A program made the translations under genes and the position numbers. From Eledone cirrhosa (lineage: Eukaryota), in assembly GCA_964016885.1 (NCBI GenBank), contig OZ024749.1:7502001-7566000 (forward strand): a DNA stretch of 64,000 bases, read 5' to 3'. A model generated the notes under the pieces. The model saw only the letters and a program-made list of their open reading frames with translations, was not told where the DNA came from and ran no database searches. Positions 1-15,387 of this stretch are shown piece after piece (position 1 is the first letter of the stretch; each line of letters starts with the position of its first letter).

Positions 1-17
1 CATTTATTATTATTACT

Positions 18-205
18 ATAATTGTTTCTACTTTAGGCACAAGGCCAGCAATTACCCAGTGCATTACTGGTACTTTATTTTATCGACCCCGTAAGGGTGA
101 AAGGAAAAGTCAACCTCGGCGGGATTTGAACTCAGATCGTAAAGGGACGTAATTATGCTGCAAAGCATTGCGTCCGACCCTCTACTGATACTGCCAATCC
201 ACCGT
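18..205 (-). mobile_element. tRNA-derived SINE (Meta-domain-like family 1)
   Basis: The minus strand reads TGGCAGTATCAG (A box), GTTCAAATCC (B box), then CTTTCACCCTTACGGGGTCGATAAAATAAAGTACCAG (MetaSINE-like core). Seven similar copies occur in the window. Confidence 0.85.
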
Positions 206-216
206 ATTACTATAAT

Positions 217-427
217 AAGAAAGTGTGGTAAGACACCAGATGGACCATAACGCACCAAAGTACTCAATACTTAGGTTAGTAGAGTGGGTAATAGGAAAAT
301 GTCAGGACCCCAACTGTTGTGTTCCCACCGTTCGACAGCTCGATCTGAAGTAAGCCACTAGTGGCTTAGTTCGGATTAGCTGTCAAAACGGCCGGAGCTC
401 AGTCGTTGGGTGTCCTGACTTTTTTCC

Positions 428-428
<1 letters not shown>
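217..428 (-). mobile_element. Palindrome-headed short element (family A), diverged copy
   Basis: Shares the body GTGGTAAG..CCATAACGCACCAAAGTACTCAATACT with seven other copies. It has an imperfect hairpin centred on TAAGCCACTAGTGGCTTA and ends at (TA)n. Confidence 0.75.
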
Positions 429-471
<43 letters not shown>

Positions 472-558
472 TGTGTGCTGTGTGTGTGTGTATGTATATA
501 TACACCGTAAAGTTGAACGTGGACTAACAACACAGAACAATAGAGATCAATGATATAT

Positions 559-639
<81 letters not shown>

Positions 640-1019
640 TGTGTGTTTGTCTGTGTTTATGTGTACGTGTGTGTGCCGAGAGATTCCACAAGAAGAAGAA
701 TTTGAAATAAAGTTGTCTAAGTAAAACGGTGATAATTTTATCGGGGAATTTACTCTGGAAATATTATAACAATACCTTAAGTTTCGTGACTGGGCATAGG
801 ACATATAGGGTGGTTCTAATAGTTAGAGTTATCATGTACAGGCTGTATACAGGATCCTTTCTTCACTGGGTGAACATCAAATGTCTCACGAGACTTCATC
901 CAATGAGATGAGAGGACGATACTGGAATGTTGTTGTATTTCAGAAAATCTAAAGGCAACAATAATTGTAAAGACTTATAATCTTAAGTTCACTACCATTT
1001 TCATATAGCTTTCTTAATA

Positions 1020-1118
1020 ATAATTGTTTCTACTGTTGGCACAAGGCCAGCAATTACCCAATTCTATTACTGGTACTTTATTTTATCGACCCATAAGGAT
1101 GAAAGGCAAAGTTAACCT
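1020..1118 (-). mobile_element. SINE family 1, 3' half
   Basis: Matches 18-115 and is cut off by a family A copy at 1120. Confidence 0.75.
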
Positions 1119-1119
1119 G

Positions 1120-1241
1120 CGTCCAGAATTAGCCGTCGAAACGGCTTGAGCTCAGCCGTCGATGTGCTACTTGTTCCTATTACCCACTCTACTACCCTAA
1201 GTATTGAGCTACTTTGGTACCTTACCACATTTCCTTCGTTA
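1120..1241 (+). mobile_element. Family A element, single arm, internally deleted
   Basis: GTCCAGAATTAGCCGTCGAAACGGCTTGAGCTCAGCCGTC...CATTTCCTTCGTT followed by (TA)n. Confidence 0.8.
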
Positions 1242-1948
1242 TATATATAAAGATGAAGTTTTCTGTATGAGTTTGTGCGTTGACAATTTTTAATGAGGGC
1301 TCATATATTCTAAACCATTCATGCGATTTCTTTGAAACTTTTTACAGAGCTTCTCATTGCACAAAACCTGTGCATGATCTACAAAGGCTTTCAAAAATCG
1401 AAATTGGGGCCTTTGGAGACATTAAAAAGTTTCGGTTATTTGTGTGAATTCTCGTGATTAAGTAAGACAAAAGTTATCTTTAAGTAAGACAAGAGTTATC
1501 TTTCGTAATTCGGCTCATTCGATTTTAATTTACTCTTTGTACTTGAAACAAAAGTACGCTTCATTGAGACTAACAATATCATTTTGTATATTTCACAACC
1601 AGCAATTTCTAACAGATTACTAAGTTAAGTTATAGATTTGACATTGTATAATTTATCGTTTTCAAGCTTGATGTTCATACATTAAGTGATGTCATAACTT
1701 TTACAATATTATGGTTTGTACATAATAGTGTCTATTATTCACTTCACTTCTCTATTTCATGATGCGCTTTTACTGCTGTCAAAAAAGACACCGAGCTCAC
1801 ATATTAATTATTTCGCTGGAATAGTGCCTAAGGTTTCATGTTTACATAACGTACGTTTTTCTTCTATGTGTTTAAATTTACTTTGCTTAGTTTAATGAGC
1901 TACATCGAAAGCTACTTGAACCGTCCAAAGGACGGGTAGTTCAGCTAT
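1242..1948 (+). mobile_element. Probable non-autonomous Helitron
   Basis: A 3' hairpin CCGTCC-AAA-GGACGG (1921-1935) lies 9 nt before CTA(T). The 5' end TATAAAGATGAAGTTTTCTGTATG...AAACCATTCATGCGATTTCTTTGAAACTTT resembles small Helitron 5' ends. The terminal CTRR is not exact. Confidence 0.55.
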
Positions 1949-2271
1949 ATATATATATATACACACAGTGTGTGTGTGTGTGTGTGCGTGTATAAACCGT
2001 CAATTGCTGTAGCCTGAAAGTAAATACCTGTAAAACATATGAAAACTATCCACAAACAATTTACGAACCAACTCATAGAATCTCACGCCAGAACTCTATA
2101 GACTCAGGAAAATAAATCACACTCGAGATTCTAAACCATGCCACAACCTTTTCGTCAAAACAGCCACTGACCTGATATAATAACTTGTATAGTGATGATG
2201 GGTATCATCGTGCTGCAGCCGTGGATTTTCTGTAACGTTATCTACCTATCTATCTATCTATCTTATATACA

Positions 2272-2650
2272 TGTGGCTCATAAAGAAACATATCTATCTT
2301 ATATATTCTTTTTTTCAAATACCACTTTGGAAGAATAATCGGGATGGACAGAGAGGTGCTGTACCCCAGCAAGTTTTATGAAAGGTGGGTGAAAGTGGCG
2401 AGAATGGCCCGAGTGAATGGGCCTTCTCTCTATATCAGCCTGTAGGTTGAGGAAAGGAGTACAAACTCTTCGTACTCCTGGAGATGAGGGTTGCACATTA
2501 TTTCGGGGGTATGTGTCACCCATATGAAACTGTCTCCCCCTATTGGGGAAAATCGACTAATTTTTAAATTGCATTTGTGATAATATTTTACACCTTTTTA
2601 TTTGTCCCCTTCTTTTGTGCCCCTGTGGCTAATAAAGAAACATATCTATC
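2272..2650 (+). mobile_element. Tx1/L1-like LINE 3' fragments (a tiny tail followed by a ~350 bp copy) in (TATC)n
   Basis: 2300-2645 aligns with 17520-17910 and 19470-19840. The tail TGTGGCT.ATAAAGAAA plus TATCTATC occurs at both 2272 and 2624. Confidence 0.8.
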
Positions 2651-2657
2651 TTATATA

Positions 2658-2699
<42 letters not shown>

Positions 2700-2774
2700 G
2701 TGTGTGTGTATGTGTGAGTGTACAGTTAAGAAATGTAACTGATCTGGCATTGAGAACCTAAGGCCTCTCGCAAG

Positions 2775-3054
2775 GTCCAAATGCTTATGAAGCCGGAGCT
2801 TATTTCGGTTTCCGTGGCGTTCAGCGACTGAGAATACAAGAGCCCCCCCCCCCATCACACACTGGACAGAACTCCAGGCCATAACAGGGTTAAATCCTCA
2901 GCAACTACTGATACTCGCTTTCAGCTCAGTATACTGGAGCAACCGGGAACTGGAGTTGTTTTGCTCAAGAACACAACCCACAAGACAGCCAAGTAATGGA
3001 ACTCACGACGTTATGATCGTAATTCCGACACCTTACCACTAGACACCGTGCCTC
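2775..3054 (-). mobile_element. tRNA-derived CORE-like SINE
   Basis: Minus-strand head GGAGGCACGGTGTCTAGTGGTAAGG...GTGAGTTCCATT followed by GTTGTGTTCTTGAGCAA. Confidence 0.65.
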
Positions 3055-3407
3055 CACGCTCACCCATAACGCCGCCATGTATTGTGATCGAACTAGAGGG
3101 TATGGTTTTACGAGTAATCCTCTTTACCACATAGTAATACATGCTACAGACATCTGTACAGCTTTGCCCTCTACATTCACAACATCTGGCTAAATTAATC
3201 TGGTTACATTAATCTAATAACATAGCATTTAATAACATTAAATTTCCAAATGCGTGCGTCTCGTGTCTCAGAAGTCTTTATTGGTATAGACGTCGATGGT
3301 GATTGAATCAATTGGAGAGAGAAAAACTGAATATGGTGGTAGTAGTTACGTAGTTAATGGCGTGTAAGTCCATTATACATGTGTGTGTCTGTGACATTCT
3401 GTGCGTG

Positions 3408-3446
<39 letters not shown>

Positions 3447-3501
3447 ATGTATCTATATATATATGTGTGTGTAACTATGACAGTCGGTGCGAGTATGTGT
3501 A

Positions 3502-3556
<55 letters not shown>

Positions 3557-3598
3557 ATGTGTGTATGTATGTATATATATATGTGTGTGTAGTGTATG

Positions 3599-3636
<38 letters not shown>

Positions 3637-3794
3637 TATCTGCATGTATACACACTTTTATTAGAATACTGTTGAAGTGTATATACATTTTGGGGGGATA
3701 CTCTGTATATAATATATATATTAGTAGACACTGGGGGGGGGGGGGTTATCTCCGCAGTAGTAGAGCACTCAGTCCATGGGACGAGTTTGGTAGA

Positions 3795-3941
3795 AGTAGT
3801 TCCGCAACAGTAAGTTCACCATTACCGCGAACAATTGATTCACCTTATTCAGATCATCAACCTCATTTAGCCAAGTTGATGATCTGAATAAAGTGAAACA
3901 ATTGTTCTCGGTAATGGTGAACTTACTGTTGTAGAAATACT
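3795..3941. repeat. ~60 bp-arm hairpin containing a decayed hammerhead motif
   Basis: 3805-3861 is the near-perfect reverse complement of 3875-3931. The right arm reads CCAAG-TTGATGA...GAAAC-AATT-GTT-CTCGG. Confidence 0.7.
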
Positions 3942-4003
3942 TGTATATATCTATATATATGTATATATCTATATATATGTATATATATATATATATATGT
4001 ATG

Positions 4004-4034
<31 letters not shown>

Positions 4035-4045
4035 CTATATATATG

Positions 4046-4104
<59 letters not shown>

Positions 4105-4175
4105 CTATATATATGTATATATATATATCTACACATGTGTATATATATATATCTATATATATGTATATATATCTA

Positions 4176-4284
<109 letters not shown>

Positions 4285-4355
4285 CTATATATATGTATAT
4301 ATATATATCTACACATATGTATATATATATATCTATATATATGTATATATATCTA

Positions 4356-4394
<39 letters not shown>

Positions 4395-4401
4395 ATATAT
4401 A

Positions 4402-4469
<68 letters not shown>

Positions 4470-4649
4470 GTGGAATAGGTTATATTTTCTTTAGGGCGTT
4501 TTGGAAGCCTCAACAATGCAGATGGGTAATTCTCCGGGTAACAAGATCCGGTGGAGAGAGAGAGAGATGTAAGTGAATGTAGATTGAGATGTATAGTGTG
4601 TAGAGAAACGTAAGAAAGAGCGTAAAAAATAAAAATAACAACACGAGAT

Positions 4650-5242
4650 AGTTGGTGCTACTGGTAACATGTATTCCAATACAATCTGTCCCATGGTCGA
4701 GTCGTTGGCGACTAAACTGGCAACCCCACCAAGGTTTCTTGGTGAGGAGGGTGACTTTGGACATCCTGCAGGACTAAAAACAAAACCTGTCAAAGGAGCT
4801 CTTAAGAGTCAATGGCCATCCAAAATCACTCGGAGGGATGACCCCTTAGCCTTTGTCAAGGCAGAATTCTAGGAGAAGGAAAACTCTGATATAACACCTG
4901 CAACTCTGATGGTATCCAATGATGTTGATTTGTTCTTCTTTTTGGTAAATATCATCTTGGTTAAGAGAGTGGGACTGGCTTTGTGCAGTGCCTTTACTCA
5001 CTATAAATCCTTCATCGCACAGGCACTGCTTTATATCTGGAGATCTCTCCGCACTTGTCGTCACATGGTACCATGGGCCCAGCACTATGTGTCAGTAATT
5101 GTCACAAATGTAGTGTTTGTACCAGAGTTTTCAAGTCGCTAGGTGGACTATATAGTGACACTTGTTCAGCGCATCGGTAGGGGTTACTCCTACATGGATA
5201 TAAAGTAGTGGCCGTACTCGAAAACGAGTTGGCAGCCACCAT
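4650..5242 (+). mobile_element. RTE-derived bipartite non-autonomous element (family B)
   Basis: Four copies in the window. The 3' part encodes a CxxC-TRxFKSLxGLxSH motif like RTE ORF C-termini, followed by ACTCGAAAACGAGTTGGCAGCCACCAT and microsatellite. Confidence 0.7.
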
Positions 5243-5304
5243 ATATATGTATATATGTATATATATATATGTACATATGTATATATATATATATATATAT
5301 ATAG

Positions 5305-5343
<39 letters not shown>

Positions 5344-5554
5344 TATATATTATATATATATATATATGTATATGTATATATATATGTATATCTATATATA
5401 TATGTATATGTATATATATATGTATATGTATATATATATGTATATATATATATGTATATATGTATATGTATATGTAAATATATGTATATGTATATGTAAA
5501 TATATGTATACGTATATGTAAATATATATATATATATATACGTATATGTATATG

Positions 5555-5605
<51 letters not shown>

Positions 5606-5666
5606 GTGTATATATATGTGTATATATATATGTGTATATATATATGTGTATATATATGTGTATATA

Positions 5667-5697
<31 letters not shown>

Positions 5698-5852
5698 GTG
5701 TGTACATATATATATATATGTATATGTGTATATATATATGTATATACATATATATGTGTGTGTATATATATGTGTATATATATGTATATATATATATGTA
5801 TATATATATATGTATATATACATGTATATATATACATGTATATATATACATG

Positions 5853-5884
<32 letters not shown>

Positions 5885-6262
5885 TATACATGTATATATA
5901 TATGTATATATAAACATGTATATATATATGTATATGTATATGTATATATAAACATGTATATATATATATATGTATGTATATATATATGTATATATAAACA
6001 TGTATATATATATATGTATGTATATATATATGTATATATAAACATGTATATATATATATGTATGTATATATATATGTATATATAAACATGTATCTATATA
6101 TGTATGTATATATATATGTATATATATACATATTTATATATATATGTATGTATATATGTATGTATATATATGTATATATTTATATATATATGTATATATA
6201 TATACATATATATATATATGTGTGTTTATATATATGTGTGTATATGTATATGTATATATATG

Positions 6263-6293
<31 letters not shown>

Positions 6294-6432
6294 GTGTATA
6301 TATATGTATATATATATATGTATGTATATGTATATATATATATATGTGTATATATATATGTATATATATATATATGTGTATATATATATGTATATATATA
6401 TGTATATATATATATATGTGTATATATATATG

Positions 6433-6525
<93 letters not shown>

Positions 6526-7327
6526 GTATATATATATATGTGTATATATATATATATATGTGTATATATATATATATATGTGTATATATATATATATATG
6601 TGTATATATATATATGTATATATATATATGTGTATATATATGTATATATATGTATATATATATATATATGTGTATATATATGTATATATATGTATATATA
6701 TATGTATATATGTATATATATGTATATATATGTATATATATATGTAGATATATATATATGTAGATATATTTATGTATATATATATATATGTATATATATG
6801 TATATATATATATATGTATATATATATATGTATATATATATATATGTATATATATGTATATATATATATGTATATATATGTATATGTATATATATGTATA
6901 TATATATGTATATATATATGTGTATATATATATATGTATATATATATATGTGTATATATATATATGTATATATATATATGTATATATATGTGTATATATA
7001 TATATGTATATATATATATGTGTATATATATATATGTATATATATATATGTATATATATCTGTATATATATATATGTATATATATATATGTGTATATATA
7101 TGTATATATATGTGTGTATATATATATATGTATATATATGTGTATATATATATGTATATATATATATATGTGTATATATATATGTATATATATATATGTG
7201 TATATATGTATATATAAATGTATATATATATGTATATATATATATGTGTATATATATATATAAATGTATACATATATATATATGTATATATATATATATG
7301 TGTATATATATATATATAAATGTTTAC

Positions 7328-7386
<59 letters not shown>

Positions 7387-7641
7387 CATATATATATATG
7401 TATATATATATATATATGTATACATATATATATATATATGTATATATATATATGTATATATATATATGTATATATATATATGTATATATATATGTATATA
7501 TATATATATATGTATATATATATGTATACATATATATATATATATGTATATATATATATGTATACAGATATATATATGTATATATATATATGTATACATA
7601 TATATATATATGTATATATATATATGTATATATATGTATAC

Positions 7642-7675
<34 letters not shown>

Positions 7676-7854
7676 GTAAACATATATATATATATCTATA
7701 TATATATATATGTATACCTATATATATATATGTATACATATATATGTATATGTAAATATATATATCTATGTAAATATATATATATATGTATACATATATG
7801 TATATGTAAATGTATATATATATGTAAATATTTATATATATATATATGCATATA

Positions 7855-7885
<31 letters not shown>

Positions 7886-7952
7886 GGGTATATATATATA
7901 TATGTATATATATGTGTATATATATATGTATATATATATATGTGTATATATG

Positions 7953-7992
<40 letters not shown>

Positions 7993-8120
7993 TATATGTA
8001 TACATATATATGTATATGTAAATATATATATCTATGTAAATATATATATATATGTATACATATATGTATATGTAAATATATATATATATGTAAATATTTA
8101 TATATATATATATGTATATA

Positions 8121-8151
<31 letters not shown>

Positions 8152-8482
8152 GGGTATATATATATATATGTATATATATGTGTATATATATATGTATATA
8201 TATATATGTGTATATATGTATATATAAATGTATACATATATATACGTATATATATATATGTGTATATATATATATAAATGTATACATATATATATATGTA
8301 TATATATATATATGTGTATATATATATATAAATGTATACATATATATATATGTATATATATATATATATGTATACATATATATATATATGTATATATATA
8401 TATGTATATATATATATGTATATATATATGTATACATATATATATATGTATATATATATATGTATACATATATATATGTATG

Positions 8483-8513
<31 letters not shown>

Positions 8514-8547
8514 GTATGCATATATATATATATATATATATGTATAC

Positions 8548-8580
<33 letters not shown>

Positions 8581-8830
8581 TGTATACATATATATATATA
8601 TGTATATATGTATATATATATATGTATACATATATATATATATGTATATATGTATATATATATATATGTATACATATATATATATGTATATATATATATA
8701 TGTAAACATATATAAATATATGTATATATATATATATGTAAACATATATATATATATGTATATATATATATGTATAGCTATATATATATATATATATGTA
8801 TAGCTATATATATATATATATATGTATACC

Positions 8831-8883
<53 letters not shown>

Positions 8884-8886
8884 ACC

Positions 8887-8949
<63 letters not shown>

Positions 8950-9006
8950 GTATGTATACATATATATGTATATGTAAATATATATATATATATATATATA
9001 CATATA

Positions 9007-9037
<31 letters not shown>

Positions 9038-9040
9038 GTG

Positions 9041-9089
<49 letters not shown>

Positions 9090-9102
9090 GTATATATACA
9101 CA

Positions 9103-9173
<71 letters not shown>

Positions 9174-9178
9174 GTATG

Positions 9179-9211
<33 letters not shown>

Positions 9212-9244
9212 GTATAAATATATATATATGTATATATATATATG

Positions 9245-9279
<35 letters not shown>

Positions 9280-9460
9280 ACATATATATGTATATATATA
9301 TATAGGTATACATATATATATATATGTGTGTATATATATATATATATACATAGGTATACATATATATATATATGTATAAATATATATAGGTATACATATA
9401 TATATATATGTGTATATATATATATATATATATAGGTATACATATATACATATATGTGTA

Positions 9461-9547
<87 letters not shown>

Positions 9548-9553
9548 GTATAC

Positions 9554-9635
<82 letters not shown>

Positions 9636-9640
9636 GTATA

Positions 9641-9693
<53 letters not shown>

Positions 9694-9714
9694 GTATACA
9701 TATATATATATATG

Positions 9715-9754
<40 letters not shown>

Positions 9755-9790
9755 CATATATATATATATGTATACATATATATATATATG

Positions 9791-9830
<40 letters not shown>

Positions 9831-9866
9831 CATATATATATATATGTATACATATATATATATATG

Positions 9867-9899
<33 letters not shown>

Positions 9900-10063
9900 G
9901 TATACATATATATATATGTATACATATATATATGTATACATATATATATGTATACATATATATATATATATATATATATATGTATACATATATGTATACA
10001 TATATATATATATATATATATATGTATACATATATATATATACATATATATATATATGTATAC

Positions 10064-10095
<32 letters not shown>

Positions 10096-10097
10096 GT

Positions 10098-10157
<60 letters not shown>

Positions 10158-10172
10158 ACATATATATATGTA

Positions 10173-10234
<62 letters not shown>

Positions 10235-10802
10235 TATATATATGTATACACATATATATATATATGTATACATATATATATATATATGTATACATATATA
10301 TATGTATATATGTATACATATATATATATATATGTATACATATATATATGTATATATGTATACATATATATATATATATATGTATACATATATATATGTA
10401 TACATATATATATGTATATATGTATACATATATATATGTATATATGTATACATATATATATATATATGTATACATATATATATGTATATATGTATACATA
10501 TATATATATATGTATACATATATATATGTATATATGTATACATATATATATATATGTATACATATATATATGTATATATGTATACATATATATATGTATA
10601 TATGTATACATATATATATGTATATATGTATACATATATATATATATATATGTATACATATATATATATATATATAGGTATACATATATATATATATATG
10701 TATACATATATATATATATGTATACATTTATATATATATATATGTATACATATATATATATATATATGTATACATATATATATATATATATAATATGTAT
10801 AC

Positions 10803-10856
<54 letters not shown>

Positions 10857-10990
10857 ACATATATATATATATATATATGTATACATATATATATATATAT
10901 ATGTATACATATATATATATATATATATGTATACATATATATATATATATATATATATATGTATACATATATATATATATATATGTATAC

Positions 10991-11074
<84 letters not shown>

Positions 11075-11136
11075 ACATATATATATATATATCTATATAT
11101 ATATATATATATATAAATGTATACATATATATATAT
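5243..11136. repeat. ~5.9 kb compound (TA)n/(TATG)n/(TATACA)n microsatellite
   Basis: Direct inspection. Confidence 0.97.
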
Positions 11137-11326
11137 ACGAAGGAAATGTGGTAAGGAACCAGGTGGACCATAACGCACCAAAGTACTCAATACTTGAGGT
11201 AGTAGAGTGGGTAATAGGAACCAGTAGGACCCCGACAGCTGAGCTCAAGCCGTTTCGACGGCTAATTCTGGACTCAGAATTAGCCGTCGAAACGGCTTGA
11301 GCCCAGCTGTCGGGGTCCTACTGGTT

Positions 11327-11329
<3 letters not shown>
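11137..11329 (-). mobile_element. Family A element with full palindromic head
   Basis: Hairpin 11214-11329 (ATAGGAACCAGTAGGACCCCGACAGCTG.../...CAGCTGTCGGGGTCCTACTGGTTCCTAT) with (TA)n on both sides. Confidence 0.9.
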
Positions 11330-11393
<64 letters not shown>

Positions 11394-12032
11394 AACGAAG
11401 GCGCGTGGCTTAGCGGCTTGAATGCTAGACCCGCGATCATTAAGTTTTACAAGGATTCCACCGCAGTTAGTTCTTAAGTAAAATGTTTCTCGTTTGACCC
11501 TCTACCAATGGCTGCAGCCAGCACACGGTCTCAGCAGCAGAATGACATGTGGGAATATTGTTTCCTTCGTTTTACCCGAAGAGATAATTGTTTCCTTACA
11601 CAGAAGGACATCTACGGACCATTGATGCGTGGTTTTCACATCTAGTATCCAAGATACGCCTTCAGCTTTACCCTTTTCGGGGGGCTATTTTGGACAATAT
11701 TATCTAAAGTTTTGTTTCGGGGAATCAAACAATTCAGTGTAATTTTCTGTATATGAAGCTGATATTTTTTTAGGAAATAAAGCTGCTACATAGAAGCCAC
11801 CCTGATGATACAAGGAACACTTGGTCTCCAGGTTTAGAATGTAAAAATAACGAAACACGTAAAGTTGTCTCAAGTAAATAATTCCACACATGGAACAAAG
11901 ATTTGGTACAAATACTAATATAGTCACGCACACAGGCACACACACACACACCTACACACACACACAAACACACACTCACTCAAAATAAATATATATATAT
12001 ATATGCATCTTTAAATGTTTATCTCTCGTTCA

Positions 12033-12098
<66 letters not shown>

Positions 12099-12107
<9 letters not shown>

Positions 12108-12577
12108 CGTAAAATAAGAAAATTATAAAATTAACTTACTTACTGAAATATCACTTCCAACTAAGTAGTTTCTGGAATGGAATAAATTATTTGTCGAGCA
12201 ATATTGGGCATGACTGCTGCTATAGTAGCAGGCAGGCCGCTGTCTTATTAGCAAACCACTTTCCACTGATTGACCTCGATGTCACGTGATTGATTCTTTT
12301 TGAATTTGCCACCGTCGCAGAGGCAGTGATTTTCTCAATGGCTAGGAATTCACTCAACGCTTTGCTATTTTCTATCCACTGAATTATTTATTAATAAGTT
12401 TCCAGAGTCCACGCTTTGCCTGGATACTTAGATGAGAAAAGTCTTCCCTGACGACGTAATGATTCTCTTTGTTTTCTTCGGAAAATATATTTATTCCATT
12501 CCAGAAACTAATTAGTTGGAAGTGATATTTTAGTAAGTAAGTTAATTTTATAATTTTCTTATTTTACGTCTCTCATA
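12099..12577. mobile_element. Inverted-repeat element (~95 bp arms) with an expanded-stem-II hammerhead at 12443-12522 (+)
   Basis: 12099-12192 is the reverse complement of 12483-12577. The motif reads CTTCC-CTGACGA-[49 nt]-GAAAC-TAATTA-GTT-GGAAG. Confidence 0.7.
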
Positions 12578-12705
12578 TTATTGTTCTGCAACCCCATGCA
12601 TTGAACCACAAAGTTACTAGGACAAAACCTATATATTTGCTAGCATTGATATGCATCTGTATGTATATATATGTTACTAGATATTAATTCTTTATATATA
12701 TATAT

Positions 12706-12898
12706 ATAGGAACGAGAAAGGACCCCGACGGCTGAGCTCAAGCCGTTTCGACGGCTAATTCTGGACAGAATTAGCCGTCGAAACGGCTTGAGCTCAGCCG
12801 TCGGGGTCCTACTCGTTCCTATTACTCACTCTACTACCCTAAGTATTGAGTACTTTGGTGCGTTATGGTCCACCTGGTTCCTTACCACATTTCCTTCG

Positions 12899-12901
<3 letters not shown>
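12706..12901 (+). mobile_element. Family A element with full palindromic head
   Basis: Hairpin 12706-12822, then the body ending TTCCTTCGTT-(TA)n. Confidence 0.9.
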
Positions 12902-12980
<79 letters not shown>

Positions 12981-13064
12981 CCAGGAAGTGTAACGTGAAT
13001 TACTGTCGGTTCACCCAGGTGAGCACTCGATGGTTACGTAAACGTCAGTGGCGAAGTGTAAAGC

Positions 13065-13330
13065 TAAACCATGTGGAGGAAACATAATAGTACGACTGAT
13101 GATGTCGCAGATGTGTGACGAAAGAACTTTGTTAGACTATATATATATATATATATATTTATATCTGCATTTTTAACTGTTGGTCAATCGGTGATAAACA
13201 TTAGCCATGGAGATATAAAAGATACTGATGCGGAAACCAACCCAACCCAAACAATGAGTCTGTTCTGTTATTATTTCTGACAATAATATGACACTATTAT
13301 AACAATATGACCCTCCCCAAGTATAACAAT
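13065..13330 (+). mobile_element. Penelope-like terminal-repeat fragment (family C) with hammerhead core at 13096-13130
   Basis: CTGATGA-T-GTCGCA-gatg-TGTGAC-GAAA; homologous to 51700-51950. Confidence 0.65.
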
Positions 13331-13345
13331 ATATATATATATATT

Positions 13346-13416
<71 letters not shown>

Positions 13417-13536
13417 ACACACCCACATACACACATTTTCTTACTTTATATATATGTATAAAATAGTTGTTCGTGAATGCGCGTGACCATATTTCAGTAA
13501 TTATGTTTTTCAATTGAACAAGAAACCTAAACATGA

Positions 13537-13946
13537 GTAGCAGCAACGACAACAACAACAACAACAACAACACCAACAACAACAACACCACCAACAACAC
13601 CACCAACAACAACAACAACACCACCACCACCAAAAACAACAGAAACACCACCACCAACAACAACAACACCACCACCAACAACAACAACACCACCACCACC
13701 GACACCACCACTAACACCACCACCAACAACAGCACCACCAACAACAACAACACCACCAACAACACCGCCACCAACAACAACACCAACAACAACAACAACA
13801 CCACCAGCACCACCAACGCCACCACCAACAACAACAGAAACACCAACAACAACACCACCACCACCACCAACACCACCAATACTACCACCAACAACACCAC
13901 CACCAACACCACCACCACAACCACAACCAACAACAACAACAACACC
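13537..13946. repeat. (CAA)n/(CAC)n trinucleotide tract
   Basis: Direct inspection. Confidence 0.95.
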
Positions 13947-14381
13947 TAAAGTAGACATTTAAGATCTATTGATATCCTTCAATATTCGTTAAACGCTATA
14001 TAACGTGTAACAACATATTCTGAAATGTTTATTTTAAAAAATCACTTCCATGCAATCATCGATATTTCATGTGATCGATACAGATTAATAACACATAAAT
14101 AGATTTATATTTGTATGTTATTAAATCTTTATTAATCACGTTCTCACCTTAGTGTATATATTCATACACCCTCCTCACACATATATTTGTGTGTGTGTGT
14201 TTGCGGATGTATATGTATGTGAGTATATATGGGAAATCTATATATATATATCTATGTGTGTGTGTGTGTGTATGTTCTCGTTACTGTTGTATATATATAT
14301 ATATATATGTGTATATATATACGAATATATACCTATTTATATATATATACCTATTTATATATATATACATATATATATATT

Positions 14382-14433
<52 letters not shown>

Positions 14434-14480
14434 CATTCATATGCACATATATGCAAACGCATTATATACTTACATATATA

Positions 14481-14515
<35 letters not shown>

Positions 14516-14548
14516 GTGTATGTATATATATAAAAATATATACCTATT

Positions 14549-14594
<46 letters not shown>

Positions 14595-14746
14595 CATTCA
14601 TATGCACATACATGCAAACGCATTATATACATACATATATATATATGTGTGTATATATATATATATAGGAAAATAAATAGATTGATGAAGATTGATTTAT
14701 TAAGAGATAGGTAAGTATATATATATATATATATATACACACACAA

Positions 14747-14777
<31 letters not shown>

Positions 14778-14803
14778 CACGCACGCACACGCACCCCCCC
14801 CCC

Positions 14804-14864
<61 letters not shown>

Positions 14865-15387
14865 TGGTATGCCTAGAATATTCTTTTATATAAAAATTGC
14901 GTAACAGAAACATATGAGAAAATACATTAAATTTTGAATATTTTAAACTTTTTCTTCTTTTCCTTTTTTTTTTGTGAATAAATAAACGAACAAAAATCTT
15001 TGTGAAATAAAACAAATTGTAGGAAAATTCTTCAAACATATCAATAGTGATATATCAATCATGCGATAAGTTAATTAGTGGAAATTCCGATCGTTTTACC
15101 TTACCTTAATGAGATTTTGAAAAATATTTAATCAAAGAAATCCCGAGTTTCGTAAAAATTGCATATTATCAGCAGATATTTCATCATGCACGACGTAGAT
15201 ATTGGGTAAAGATTGAATAACACATAATGTTTATGAAATATGTAGATTGATATAATGTCTCTTTCTTTGCATATATTATAAATGACATAGCATAAACATC
15301 GATCTATCGATCTATCTATCTATATCTATAGATCTGTCTATCTTTCTCGCTATATATAATTTTTATTAAAAAATCTATCTATCTATC

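Noticed and set aside
729-960. Possible host exon in unique-looking sequence (also 11540-11930, 20620-20910 and 44545-44850)
   Set aside because: No recognisable protein similarity or convincing splice-bounded open frame. Short exons cannot be excluded without RNA-seq.
11398-11445. tRNA gene
   Set aside because: Only an A-box-like SINE head fragment, with no cloverleaf or B box.
13271-13958. Asn/Thr-rich and Val/Leu-rich ORFs
   Set aside because: These come from a trinucleotide microsatellite open in several frames, with no exon evidence.
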